From the NCBI GenBank assembly GCA_050290185.1, contig JBNKHE010000004.1, positions 128,001 through 192,000 on the forward strand: 64,000 bases of DNA, given 5' to 3'. Source of the stretch: Pontiella sp. Lineage in GTDB: Bacteria > Verrucomicrobiota > Kiritimatiellia > Kiritimatiellales > Pontiellaceae. Position 1 is the stretch's first letter. Every line of letters begins with the position of its first letter. Under the pieces are notes generated by a model that saw nothing but the letters and a program-made list of their open reading frames with translations, was not told the origin of the DNA and made no database searches. The translations under genes and the position numbers were made by a program. Positions 53,860 to 62,854 of this stretch are shown piece after piece.

Positions 53860-55721
53860 AACGCGATATTATCACAAACGAGTTCGTAATTAAATTCGCC
53901 AATGTTAACGGGACGGGCTCGGCCAGCGCCAACACGCTGTTCAGCAAAGCGGTTTTCCGTATGGGTGTTCCCATCAGCCCGAAGAACATTTTTCCGTCCA
54001 ACATTCAGGGACTGCCGACCTGGTACGAGGTACGGATCAACGAAAAGGGATTCCTGGGGCGGCGCGGCGGTCTCGAGGTCATGGTCGGCATGAATCCGCA
54101 AAGCATGCAGCGCGACATCGCCGAAGTGGAAAAAGGTGGATATTTTGTATACGATGCCACCAAGCCGCTCGACCCAGGCTGGCTGCGAGACGACATCGAC
54201 TTCATCGGTATTCCCTTCACGGAAAAATGCAGGGAAATGTACGATGACCCCCGGCAACGCCAGCTGTTCCGGAACATCATGTATGTCGGAGCCATGGTTG
54301 CCCTGTTCGACATGGAAATGGATGTGGTGAAGCAGCTCATCCATGACCAGTTCAAGGGCAAGCAAAAGCTGGTTGAACCCAATATCAAGGCCCTCGAAAC
54401 CGGCTACAATCTGGCAAAAGAAAACTATGCCTGTCCGTTCGCCTTCCGGATTTCACGCCGCGACAAGGTCGGCAACCAGATTCTGATGGATGGCAACGAA
54501 GCGTGCGGACTCGGGGCGGTATATGGCGGTGCGACCGTCTCGGCCTGGTATCCCATCACACCGTCAACGTCAGTCATCGACAACTTCGCCCGCTATTGCC
54601 GCAAGTTCCGCATCGATCCGGAAACCGGCACCAAGAACTTTGCCATCGTTCAGGCCGAAGATGAGCTGGCCGCCATCGGCATGGTCATCGGCGCCTCGTG
54701 GAACGGAGCCCGGGCTTTCACTGCTACAAGCGGCCCCGGACTGTCACTGATGCAGGAGTTTCTGGGATTGGCCTACTTTGCAGAGATCCCGACGGTATTG
54801 ATTGATGTCCAGCGATCCGGTCCATCCACCGGCATGCCGACCCGTACGCAGCAATCCGACATCCTAACCGCCGCTTATGCATCACACGGCGACACCAAAC
54901 ACATCTGCCTCTATCCCTCCACGCCCAAGGAGTGCTTCGAGCTGACTGCCGCCGCATTCGATCTTGCCGAACGCTTCCAGACACCGGTGCTCGTCATGTC
55001 GGACCTCGACCTCGGCATGAACGACAACATGTCGGAACCTTTCGAGTGGGACGATGCCCGCACCTACGACCGGGGCAAGGTCTTCACCAAGGATGACCTC
55101 GAAAACATGCAGGAACGTTTTGGCCGCTATCTGGATGTTGACGGCGATGGCGTCGCCTACCGCACCTACCCCGGCACCCATCCAACCAAGGGTTCCTTCT
55201 TCACCCGCGGCACGTCGAAGGATGAATATGCGGTGTATACTGAAAACGGCGAAAAGTATGTCGAGAACATGGACCGGTTGCTGCGCAAATGGGATACGGC
55301 CAGCAAGTATGTCCCCAAACCCATTGTTCGAAAAACCGACAAACCCTGCACCGTTGGTGCCATTTATTACGGAACCTCAGAGGCCTCCACGCTTGAAGCG
55401 CTGTACCGCCTGAACAACCTTCACGGCATCTCGCTCGATTGCATGGGTATCAAAGCCTTCCCCTTCGCGGATGAAGTAGATCAGTTTATCAATGATCACG
55501 ATTTTGTTTTCGTTATTGAACAAAACCGCGATGCCCAGATGCGCACCCTGCTCATCAATGAATACGATTACGATCCCGAACGCCTGATTCCCTTGCTTCA
55601 CTATGACGGAAGCCCGATCACCGCGCGTTACATCCGTCACGTTATCCGCGATTGGATTATGCAGATTTCTACCACGCCTACCCATCGCCGCCATCGCCCA
55701 TTTATAGGAGGAACTTCATAA
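53856..55721 (+). CDS. korA: 2-oxoacid:acceptor oxidoreductase alpha subunit (gamma-alpha fusion)
   Basis: WYPITPSTS, QAEDELAA, TATSGPG, QRSGPSTGMPTRTQQSD. Confidence 0.92.
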   Translation: MKRDIITNEFVIKFANVNGTGSASANTLFSKAVFRMGVPISPKNIFPSNIQGLPTWYEVRINEKGFLGRRGGLEVMVGMNPQSMQRDIAEVEKGGYFVYDATKPLDPGWLRDDIDFIGIPFTEKCREMYDDPRQRQLFRNIMYVGAMVALFDMEMDVVKQLIHDQFKGKQKLVEPNIKALETGYNLAKENYACPFAFRISRRDKVGNQILMDGNEACGLGAVYGGATVSAWYPITPSTSVIDNFARYCRKFRIDPETGTKNFAIVQAEDELAAIGMVIGASWNGARAFTATSGPGLSLMQEFLGLAYFAEIPTVLIDVQRSGPSTGMPTRTQQSDILTAAYASHGDTKHICLYPSTPKECFELTAAAFDLAERFQTPVLVMSDLDLGMNDNMSEPFEWDDARTYDRGKVFTKDDLENMQERFGRYLDVDGDGVAYRTYPGTHPTKGSFFTRGTSKDEYAVYTENGEKYVENMDRLLRKWDTASKYVPKPIVRKTDKPCTVGAIYYGTSEASTLEALYRLNNLHGISLDCMGIKAFPFADEVDQFINDHDFVFVIEQNRDAQMRTLLINEYDYDPERLIPLLHYDGSPITARYIRHVIRDWIMQISTTPTHRRHRPFIGGTS

Positions 55722-56773
55722 TGAGTTACAGCGTTCCCGGTTTCCGGCATCCCAACCTGCCAAAAAACGCCCTTGGCTACACCACCAAGGATTACGAAGG
55801 AGCCGTGTCCACCCTGTGTGCGGGTTGCGGACACGACTCCATCAGCGCAGCCATCATTGAAGCCTGCTTTGAAATGTCGATCCAGCCCCACCGCGTGGCC
55901 AAGCTGTCCGGTATCGGCTGCTCGTCCAAAACACCCACCTACTTTCTCGGAAACTCGCATGGCTTCAACTCCGTGCATGGCCGTATGCCTGCGGTGGCTA
56001 CCGGAGCCAACATGGCCAACCGCAACCTCCTGTATATCGGGGTCTCCGGCGACGGGGATACCGCATCGATCGGTATGGGGCAGTTTGTTCATGCCGTCCG
56101 GCGCAATGTCAACATGGTCTATATCTGCGAGAACAACGGTGTCTACGGACTGACCAAGGGGCAGGATTCCGCCACTACCGACGTCGGATCAAAAAGCAAG
56201 AAGGGCGAACCGAACGCGCTGGAACCCATCAACCTCTGTGCGATTGCCCTCCAGCTCGGCGCCACCTTTGTTGCCAACAGTTTTTCCGGCGACAAGAAAC
56301 AGCTCGTTCCGATCATCAAGGCCGCCATCGCGCACGAGGGTTTTGCTTTCATTAACGTCATCTCGCCCTGCGTTACGTTCAACAATGTGGTCAGCTCCAC
56401 CAAATCCTACGACTATATCCGGCAGCACATGGCCTCCACGAATTCGGTCGACTACGTGCCTCCTGCAACCGAGATCACCACCGACTACGAAGCCGGCACA
56501 ACCGAACGGGTTTCCATGCACGATGGATCGCTGATTAATCTGCACAAGCTCGATCCGAATCTCGATATCCATAGCAGGCGCTCTGCGCTTGAGATGATCT
56601 ACGAATACAGTGCCCAGGAAAAAGTGCTCACCGGTATTCTATTCATTGACCCCGATGCCGATGAAATCCACAAAACCATGAACACGACGGAAACGCCATT
56701 GCGCAACCTCACTGAAAAGGAGCTCTGCCCCGGCACTTCTGCCCTTGAAGAAATCAACGACGTCCACCGTTAA
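55721..56773 (+). CDS. korB: 2-oxoacid:acceptor oxidoreductase beta subunit (TPP-binding)
   Basis: LCAGCGH, SGIGCSS, HGR, SGDGD, NGVYGLTKGQ, SPCVTFN. Confidence 0.93.
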   Translation: MSYSVPGFRHPNLPKNALGYTTKDYEGAVSTLCAGCGHDSISAAIIEACFEMSIQPHRVAKLSGIGCSSKTPTYFLGNSHGFNSVHGRMPAVATGANMANRNLLYIGVSGDGDTASIGMGQFVHAVRRNVNMVYICENNGVYGLTKGQDSATTDVGSKSKKGEPNALEPINLCAIALQLGATFVANSFSGDKKQLVPIIKAAIAHEGFAFINVISPCVTFNNVVSSTKSYDYIRQHMASTNSVDYVPPATEITTDYEAGTTERVSMHDGSLINLHKLDPNLDIHSRRSALEMIYEYSAQEKVLTGILFIDPDADEIHKTMNTTETPLRNLTEKELCPGTSALEEINDVHR

Positions 56774-56850
56774 TCCCCGCACCAAGGTCTTTCAAGTCAA
56801 ATAGCGAACCCACCCCGCGGCTTCCAGACCGTCGATACACCAGTTTGTAT

Positions 56851-56980
56851 AGATACCTACGGGCATGCCCGTGGTTCTATTGATTCGCTACGCTCAGCTC
56901 ATTACAGCTCCTTTGGAGCTGACATAGCTTACGCCCTGCCGGCGGCTCATTCATCCACGGGAACCCCGTGGTGTCCTGTC
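56851..56980. mobile_element. Putative non-autonomous IS200/IS605-like palindromic element (no transposase)
   Basis: Two related hairpins, CTACGGGC-AT-GCCCGTGG and CCACGGG-AAC-CCCGTGG, about 100 nt apart, with an internal CAGCTCC-TTT-GGAGCTG hairpin. Confidence 0.45.
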
Positions 56981-57313
56981 GTCGACCGTATGCATACACT
57001 CTTTGCACATGCCACATTCTTAATAAACCCAACACCACGGCCCAATCCCCGGCGTTGTTTTTTACCGTCCTATGTAGAACGGAATTCCTGCCATTCCCCC
57101 AGTAATTTCTATATGAAACACGTGTATAAGGCCTACACTTCACGCTATTCTTTCCGCCGATACCACCGTCGTCCGTTCACAGATCGGCAAACTGGTCACC
57201 GCCCGTATTTTATCGGGAAAAAATGGCTCACCTGAACCAGCAAATTCTACTTGTCAATTTACGGGAAAGGGATATATGAGACGTTAGAGGGGGCAACTAG
57301 AGGGAGGTATCTG

Positions 57314-57772
57314 ATGTCGGCATACAAACTGATGGAATTTCTGGATGAGCACCAGATTCAATACACGACCATCACCCACTCGCCCGCATTCACCGCCCAG
57401 GAGATTGCGCAAGCCGCGCATATTCCGGGGCATGAACTGGCCAAAACCGTGATGGTCAAACTAGACGGCAAGCTCGTCGAAATGGTTCTGCCTGCCACCG
57501 AAAGGCTCGATTTACAGAGCCTCCGCTCCACCACAGGAGCAGGCCGTGCGGAACTTGCAAAGGAAACGGAATTCGACCGCTTCTTCCCCGACTGCGAAGT
57601 CGGTGCCATGCCGCCGTATGGCAACCTGTATGGAATGGAAGTCTATATATCCCCGGAACTTGGCAAGGACCGGCTCATTGCATTCAATGCCGGCAACCAC
57701 TCGGAACTCATCTGCATGCAGTACAAAGACTATGAACGGCTCGTCCACCCGGTAATAGTACAGGCTGGCTAA
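57314..57772 (+). CDS. YbaK/EbsC/ProX-family aminoacyl-tRNA deacylase
   Basis: FTAQEIA, LAKTVMV, FPDCEVGAMPPYG, FNAGNHSE; RBS GGAGG. Confidence 0.9.
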   Translation: MSAYKLMEFLDEHQIQYTTITHSPAFTAQEIAQAAHIPGHELAKTVMVKLDGKLVEMVLPATERLDLQSLRSTTGAGRAELAKETEFDRFFPDCEVGAMPPYGNLYGMEVYISPELGKDRLIAFNAGNHSELICMQYKDYERLVHPVIVQAG

Positions 57773-58007
57773 GCGTTTGCGATGGGTTACAGACCAGCAA
57801 GAGATCCAGACGGTTGCAAAGGGTGTTTTTGCATTCCGCGAATACGCCCAGTCTTAACCGTATCTCCCTAGATTACCTTGTGAAGACGTTGACTTCCCTA
57901 CCTCGGATCGCTACCTTAACTACTTTTGGAACAATAGTTCACTAGTAGTCTCATAGCCCGTAGGTTTCGCGACGGGCATGGGATTTTCAACGATAAGGGA
58001 TCTTATT

Positions 58008-60416
58008 ATGAAAAAAACGTGTGTATGTATCGCTTCAACTATCCTGTCCGTTTCCGCCATGGCATCCATCGACATCAATATCGACTGCACCAAGCCGACG
58101 GTTGAGCTCAGCCCCCATCTCTACGGCCTGTTCTTTGAAGACATCAACTATGCTGCGGACGGCGGACTCTACGCCGAACTCGTGCAAAACCGCTCGTTTG
58201 AATACTACAAGGTCAAGAACGCCCAAATGCCCCCTCTCTTTGCCTGGGACAAAATCGAACGCGGCGGAGCCCGTTGCGATCTTTCCGTAGAGAACACGTC
58301 ACCGCTCAACAACAATAATACGAACTACCTGAAAATCGACATCCGCAATGCGGGCAAGACCGTCGGCGTCTCCAACAGCGGCTTCGACGGAATCCCGCTG
58401 GATGCCGGCAAGAAATACGACGTATCCCTCTATGTCCGCAAGGCCGACTGGAGCGGAAACGGGCAGATTACCGTCGCGCTCGAGCTTGAAGACGGCACGG
58501 TTTGCGGACAGACCGAATTCAGCGGCATTGGAAAGGACTGGAAAAAGCTCGAAGGCGTCCTTGAGTCCGATCAAACCACCGACAATGCGCGGCTCGTAGT
58601 CACCACTTCCGGCAAGGGCGAGCTCTACCTCGACATGGTCTCCCTCTTCCCGCAGGACACCTTCAACGGCCGCAAAAACGGCATGCGCAAGGATCTCACT
58701 CAGGCCCTCAAGGATCTCCATCCCAAATTCCTCCGCTTCCCAGGCGGATGCATCGCCCACGGAAACGGCATCGACAACGTCTACCGCTGGAAGGACACCG
58801 TCGGCGATGTGGCCAACCGCAAGCCCAACTGGAATCGGTGGGGCTACCACCAGACCTACGGACTGGGCTACTACGAATATTTCCTGCTGTGTGAAGACAT
58901 CGGCGCAACCCCGCTTCCCGTGATCCCGGTCGGCGTATCCTGCGGCTTCACCCGGCCCCAGGAATGCGTGCCCATGGGCGAGCTCGGCCCTTGGATCCAG
59001 AATGCAATCGACCTGATCGAATTTTGCAACGGCTCAGCCTCCAGCCAATGGGGCGGTGTGCGCGCTCGAATGGGCCATCCCGAACCGTTCAACCTTAAGT
59101 TTGTCGCCCTCGGCAACGAACCGCACGACAATGCCCTCTTCCGCGACCGCTTCCCGCTCTTCGTCGAGGCCATCCGCAAGGCGCATCCCGAAATCAAAAT
59201 CGTTGGAACCTCCGGTCTTGGGCCGGAAATCCCGGTCTACGACCTGATGACGAAGGAAAAGGTCTACAGCTCCGACGAGCACTATTACATGGATCCCCAA
59301 TGGTTCATCGACAACCAGAACCGCTTCGACGACTTCGACCGCAGTAAGCCTAAAATCTTCGTCGGTGAATATGCATCCAAGGACAAACGCCATTTCAACG
59401 CCGTGGCCGAGGCCGCCTTCCTCACCGGCATCGAACGCAACGGCGACATGGTCGACATGACCTGCTACGCCCCGCTCTTCGGCAACGTCAAGCATTGCCA
59501 ATGGAATCCAGACCTCATCTACTTCGATCACCGAACGGTCGTCAAGACGCCCAGCTACTATGTCCAGCAACTCTTTGCCGCCAACAAGGGCGACGTCTAT
59601 CTCGCCAACGAAATCAAGGCCACCAATAAAAAACCCCAACCCACCCTATCCGGATCCGTCGGCATCGGTACGTGGAACACCGCAATCGAGGTCGAAGACG
59701 TAAAGGTGAACGGCAGAAAAGTCAACCTTGCCAACTGGCAGGCCAGCAGTGGCGACTTTAAATACAAAAACGGTCGTTTGACCCAGCGCGATGAGCATGC
59801 CGAAGCCGCTATCAGCGAAAGTTCCGAAGAATTCAAAGGCAATACGGTGACCTATACCCTGCGCGCCCGAAAAACCTCCGGACAAGAAGGTTTTCTGGTT
59901 CAGTTCGGCACCAAAGAAGGACAGTCCGACTTTTGGTGGAACATCGGAGGTTGGGGTAACAGCCGCCATGCTCTGCAAATAGGAAAAGGCCGCTCACGCT
60001 CCGAAGTCATTAGCAAAAACGGCAGCATCGAATCCGGAAAATGGTACGACATCAAGATTGTCATGAGCCCCGGCAACATCAAGTGCTATCTCAACGGTGA
60101 GCTGATTCACGACTACGACATTAAAAAGTCCACCATCAGCATCTCCTCGACATTTGACAAAGCCACGGGTGAAGTCATCGTCAAACTGGTCAATCCGCGC
60201 GAGGAAGCCGTTGCCGCAACGATCAACCTAAACGGTCTCAACCAGGTTGCCCCGGAAGGCACACTGATGTTACTCGCAGGCGATAAGTCAGCAGAAAACA
60301 CCATCGAAAACCCCGATGTGGTTAAAACAGAAACCAGCCGCATCAAGGTCGATAAATCCTTCAACTACACACTGCCGCCCATGTCGGTACAGTTTATCCG
60401 CATCAAGGCTGAGTAA
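58008..60416 (+). CDS. Alpha-L-arabinofuranosidase, GH51, secreted, with an inserted beta-sandwich domain
   Basis: YGLFFEDINYAADGGLYAELVQNRSFE, FLRFPGGC, LGNE, DEHYY, FVGEYA, YAPLF. Confidence 0.95.
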   Translation: MKKTCVCIASTILSVSAMASIDINIDCTKPTVELSPHLYGLFFEDINYAADGGLYAELVQNRSFEYYKVKNAQMPPLFAWDKIERGGARCDLSVENTSPLNNNNTNYLKIDIRNAGKTVGVSNSGFDGIPLDAGKKYDVSLYVRKADWSGNGQITVALELEDGTVCGQTEFSGIGKDWKKLEGVLESDQTTDNARLVVTTSGKGELYLDMVSLFPQDTFNGRKNGMRKDLTQALKDLHPKFLRFPGGCIAHGNGIDNVYRWKDTVGDVANRKPNWNRWGYHQTYGLGYYEYFLLCEDIGATPLPVIPVGVSCGFTRPQECVPMGELGPWIQNAIDLIEFCNGSASSQWGGVRARMGHPEPFNLKFVALGNEPHDNALFRDRFPLFVEAIRKAHPEIKIVGTSGLGPEIPVYDLMTKEKVYSSDEHYYMDPQWFIDNQNRFDDFDRSKPKIFVGEYASKDKRHFNAVAEAAFLTGIERNGDMVDMTCYAPLFGNVKHCQWNPDLIYFDHRTVVKTPSYYVQQLFAANKGDVYLANEIKATNKKPQPTLSGSVGIGTWNTAIEVEDVKVNGRKVNLANWQASSGDFKYKNGRLTQRDEHAEAAISESSEEFKGNTVTYTLRARKTSGQEGFLVQFGTKEGQSDFWWNIGGWGNSRHALQIGKGRSRSEVISKNGSIESGKWYDIKIVMSPGNIKCYLNGELIHDYDIKKSTISISSTFDKATGEVIVKLVNPREEAVAATINLNGLNQVAPEGTLMLLAGDKSAENTIENPDVVKTETSRIKVDKSFNYTLPPMSVQFIRIKAE

Positions 60417-60432
60417 GTTATCGGTTAAATCG

Positions 60433-60524
60433 TTGCAGTGCGGGAACCTTCCCTGGCGGATTCGCCGGGCGGGTCGCCCGGCCTGCAAACTATTCCAATC
60501 AGAGGCCCGGTCCCCCGACCGGGC
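60433..60524. repeat. REP-like palindrome cluster between convergent genes
   Basis: TTGCAG...CTGCAA ends enclosing GCCGGGCG-GGT-CGCCCGGC, followed by GCCCGGTC-CCCC-GACCGGGC. Confidence 0.55.
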
Positions 60525-60573
60525 GTCGGCTGAAAACGGGATGTGAACATTTCGTATCCAGCAACCCTAACGG

Positions 60574-61404
60574 CTACACGAGTTTGGTTCCGCCTTCGGA
60601 AAATTCGATCAGCCGCTTTTTATACAGCGCGCCGATGGCCTTTTTGTAGGTTTTCTTGCTGACACCGAAGAGCGCATAGATTTCCTCCGGCGGGTTCTTG
60701 TCGGTGACGGGCATGAAGCCGCCCTGCGCCTTGAGATAGTCCAGAATCGTATCGGTGAGGCTGGTCACCTTGCCGTAGCCGGGCTGGTGCAGGCTGAGGT
60801 CGATGTAGCCATCAGGCCGCACCTGCTTGATATAGCCGTCCAGTCGCTGGCCACGCTCAAGCGGCTGGAAGACATCGTTATGAAACACCATGCCCCAGCG
60901 CTCGCCATTGATGATCGCCTTGTAGCCGAGATCGGTCTGCTGCCAGATCATCAGCTCCACCTTTTCACCCTGCTTGTAGATCGTGCGGGAATTCTTGAGA
61001 AACTTATCAAGCTTGGCCGAAGCCACGAGCCGCCCGCTTACGCGATCGAGATAGATGTGCACCAGATAGGAATGCCCCTCTTTCATCGGTATGCGCTGTT
61101 CGCGGAACGGAGCGAGCAGATCCTTCGGCATGCCCCAGTCGAGGAAGGCTCCGATACGGGTAACCTCCTTCACGCGCAGCAGGGCAAATTCACCGGCCAT
61201 GGCCTTGGGCTTCTCCGGGGTGGCGGTCAGCCGGTCCTCGGAATCGAGCATAACGAACACGTCGAGTTTATCCTCTGTCTTCCACGCCTTGGGTATGTAG
61301 CGTTTCGGAAGCAGTATCTCACCCAGTTCGCCGCCGTCTAGCAGCATCCCAAAATCAGATTCCCGGCTAATGGCCAGCCGGTTCATTCTACCGATTTCAA
61401 CCAC
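60574..61404 (-). CDS. cvfB: CvfB/YitL-family S1 RNA-binding protein
   Basis: EILLPKRY, LDSEDRL, GAFLDWGMPKDLL, FGVSKKTYKKAIGALYK. Probable GTG start overlaps the helicase stop. Confidence 0.9.
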   Translation of the reverse strand: MVEIGRMNRLAISRESDFGMLLDGGELGEILLPKRYIPKAWKTEDKLDVFVMLDSEDRLTATPEKPKAMAGEFALLRVKEVTRIGAFLDWGMPKDLLAPFREQRIPMKEGHSYLVHIYLDRVSGRLVASAKLDKFLKNSRTIYKQGEKVELMIWQQTDLGYKAIINGERWGMVFHNDVFQPLERGQRLDGYIKQVRPDGYIDLSLHQPGYGKVTSLTDTILDYLKAQGGFMPVTDKNPPEEIYALFGVSKKTYKKAIGALYKKRLIEFSEGGTKLV

Positions 61405-62710
61405 GGCGCCCGGCCCCTTCCCTCCGGCTGCGGATACGCGCCGGCCGCTTGCCGCCGGTATGTTTCGCGCGTCCACTGGCGTTGACCGTCACCTTGCCGC
61501 GATTCTGACGGACCTTCGGACCCGGCTTTGCGTCGGCCCCCGTAGCGTTCATCGATTTATCGCAATGCAGGGCGTGCTGGTCATCGACCGGGATCGTGGT
61601 GCGAATCAGTTTTTCAATGGCACGCAGATAGTCGCGTTCCGGCGCACTGCAGAACGAAATGGCATCGCCATCCGCTCCGGCACGGGCCGTGCGGCCAATG
61701 CGGTGTACATAGGTTTCCGGCTCGACCGGCATATCGTAGTTGACGACATGCGAAATACCGTCAACGTCGATTCCACGGGCCGCAATATCCGTCGCGATCA
61801 GAGCACGCACCCGGCCCGCCTTGAAATCGGCCAAGGCGGTGGTACGCGCCGTCTGGCTCTTGTTGCCGTGGATGGCGGCGGAGGTAATCCCCGCCCCCTC
61901 CAGCTTGCGCGCCACCTTGTTGGCGACATGCTTCATCTGCGTAAAGATGATCACACGGTCGAGCTTCTTGTTGCTCATCACCGATACGATCAGCTCATCC
62001 TTGTGCTTTTGGCTGACGAACATGACCTTTTGGCCAATCCGTTCGACGGCCGGCTTTTCAGGTTCGATCGTCACCTGCGCCGGATTGTGCACGAGCGTCC
62101 GCGCCAGCTCGATCACCTTCGATTCCATCGTAGCTGAATAGAACAGTGACTGCCGCTTTTTAGGCAGCTTGGCGACCACCTTCCTGATGTCGTGAATAAA
62201 GCCCATATCGAGCATGCGGTCGGCTTCATCCAACACGAAGATTTCAATGGCAGACAAATCGATATATCCCTGATTCATCAGGTCAATCAGCCGGCCCGGA
62301 GTTGCCACTAGCACGTCCACGCCATGCCGCACGGCTTTAACCTGCGGATTCTGGCCCACCCCGCCAAAGATGACGGTGTGGCTGGCTTTTGTGTACTTGC
62401 CGTATTTGGCGATGCTATCGCCAATTTGTGCGGCCAACTCGCGGGTCGGCGCAAGAATGAGTACGCGGGGCTTTTTGCTGATTGGTTGCTTTTTGTTTTT
62501 CTGCAAGTGCTGGAGGATCGGCAGAGAGAACGCGGCGGTTTTGCCGGTGCCTGTCTGTGCGCATCCGAGCATATCGCGCCCTTCAAGCAGTGACGGGATC
62601 GATTGTTCCTGAATAGGTGATGGCGTGTGATAACCTGCTTCGGATACCGCGCGGCCGATTTCTGGCAGCAACAGACCGAAGACGCCCCGAAGGTCGTTTT
62701 CTTTCTTCAT
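61397..62710 (-). CDS. rhlE: DEAD-box RNA helicase (RhlE-like)
   Basis: Q motif, AQTGTGKT, PTRELA, TPGRL, DEAD, SAT, HRIGRTAR; basic tail. Confidence 0.92.
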   Translation of the reverse strand: MKKENDLRGVFGLLLPEIGRAVSEAGYHTPSPIQEQSIPSLLEGRDMLGCAQTGTGKTAAFSLPILQHLQKNKKQPISKKPRVLILAPTRELAAQIGDSIAKYGKYTKASHTVIFGGVGQNPQVKAVRHGVDVLVATPGRLIDLMNQGYIDLSAIEIFVLDEADRMLDMGFIHDIRKVVAKLPKKRQSLFYSATMESKVIELARTLVHNPAQVTIEPEKPAVERIGQKVMFVSQKHKDELIVSVMSNKKLDRVIIFTQMKHVANKVARKLEGAGITSAAIHGNKSQTARTTALADFKAGRVRALIATDIAARGIDVDGISHVVNYDMPVEPETYVHRIGRTARAGADGDAISFCSAPERDYLRAIEKLIRTTIPVDDQHALHCDKSMNATGADAKPGPKVRQNRGKVTVNASGRAKHTGGKRPARIRSRREGAGRRG

Positions 62711-62814
62711 ATGTTTTTCCTAGCCGGCGAATAAATATTTTTCTGCTCGCCGCCGGAAGGAGTGAAGAAAAAGGAGAGGGTTGCCGAATGCAACCATCGG
62801 TGAATTGGTCGGCG

Positions 62815-62843
62815 GTTCTATAGGCTCGCCGGCATACTGTCAA
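62815..62843 (-). promoter_or_regulatory. Sigma-70-type promoter of the DEAD-box/cvfB operon
   Basis: TTGACA-17 nt-TAGAAC on the minus strand, about 100 nt before the ATG. Confidence 0.6.
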
Positions 62844-62854
62844 GGGTTGCGTGG

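Noticed and set aside
56795..57000. IscB/TnpB omega-RNA locus
   Set aside because: No iscB, tnpB or tnpA ORF is adjacent, and I could not trace the scaffold beyond a terminal-type hairpin.
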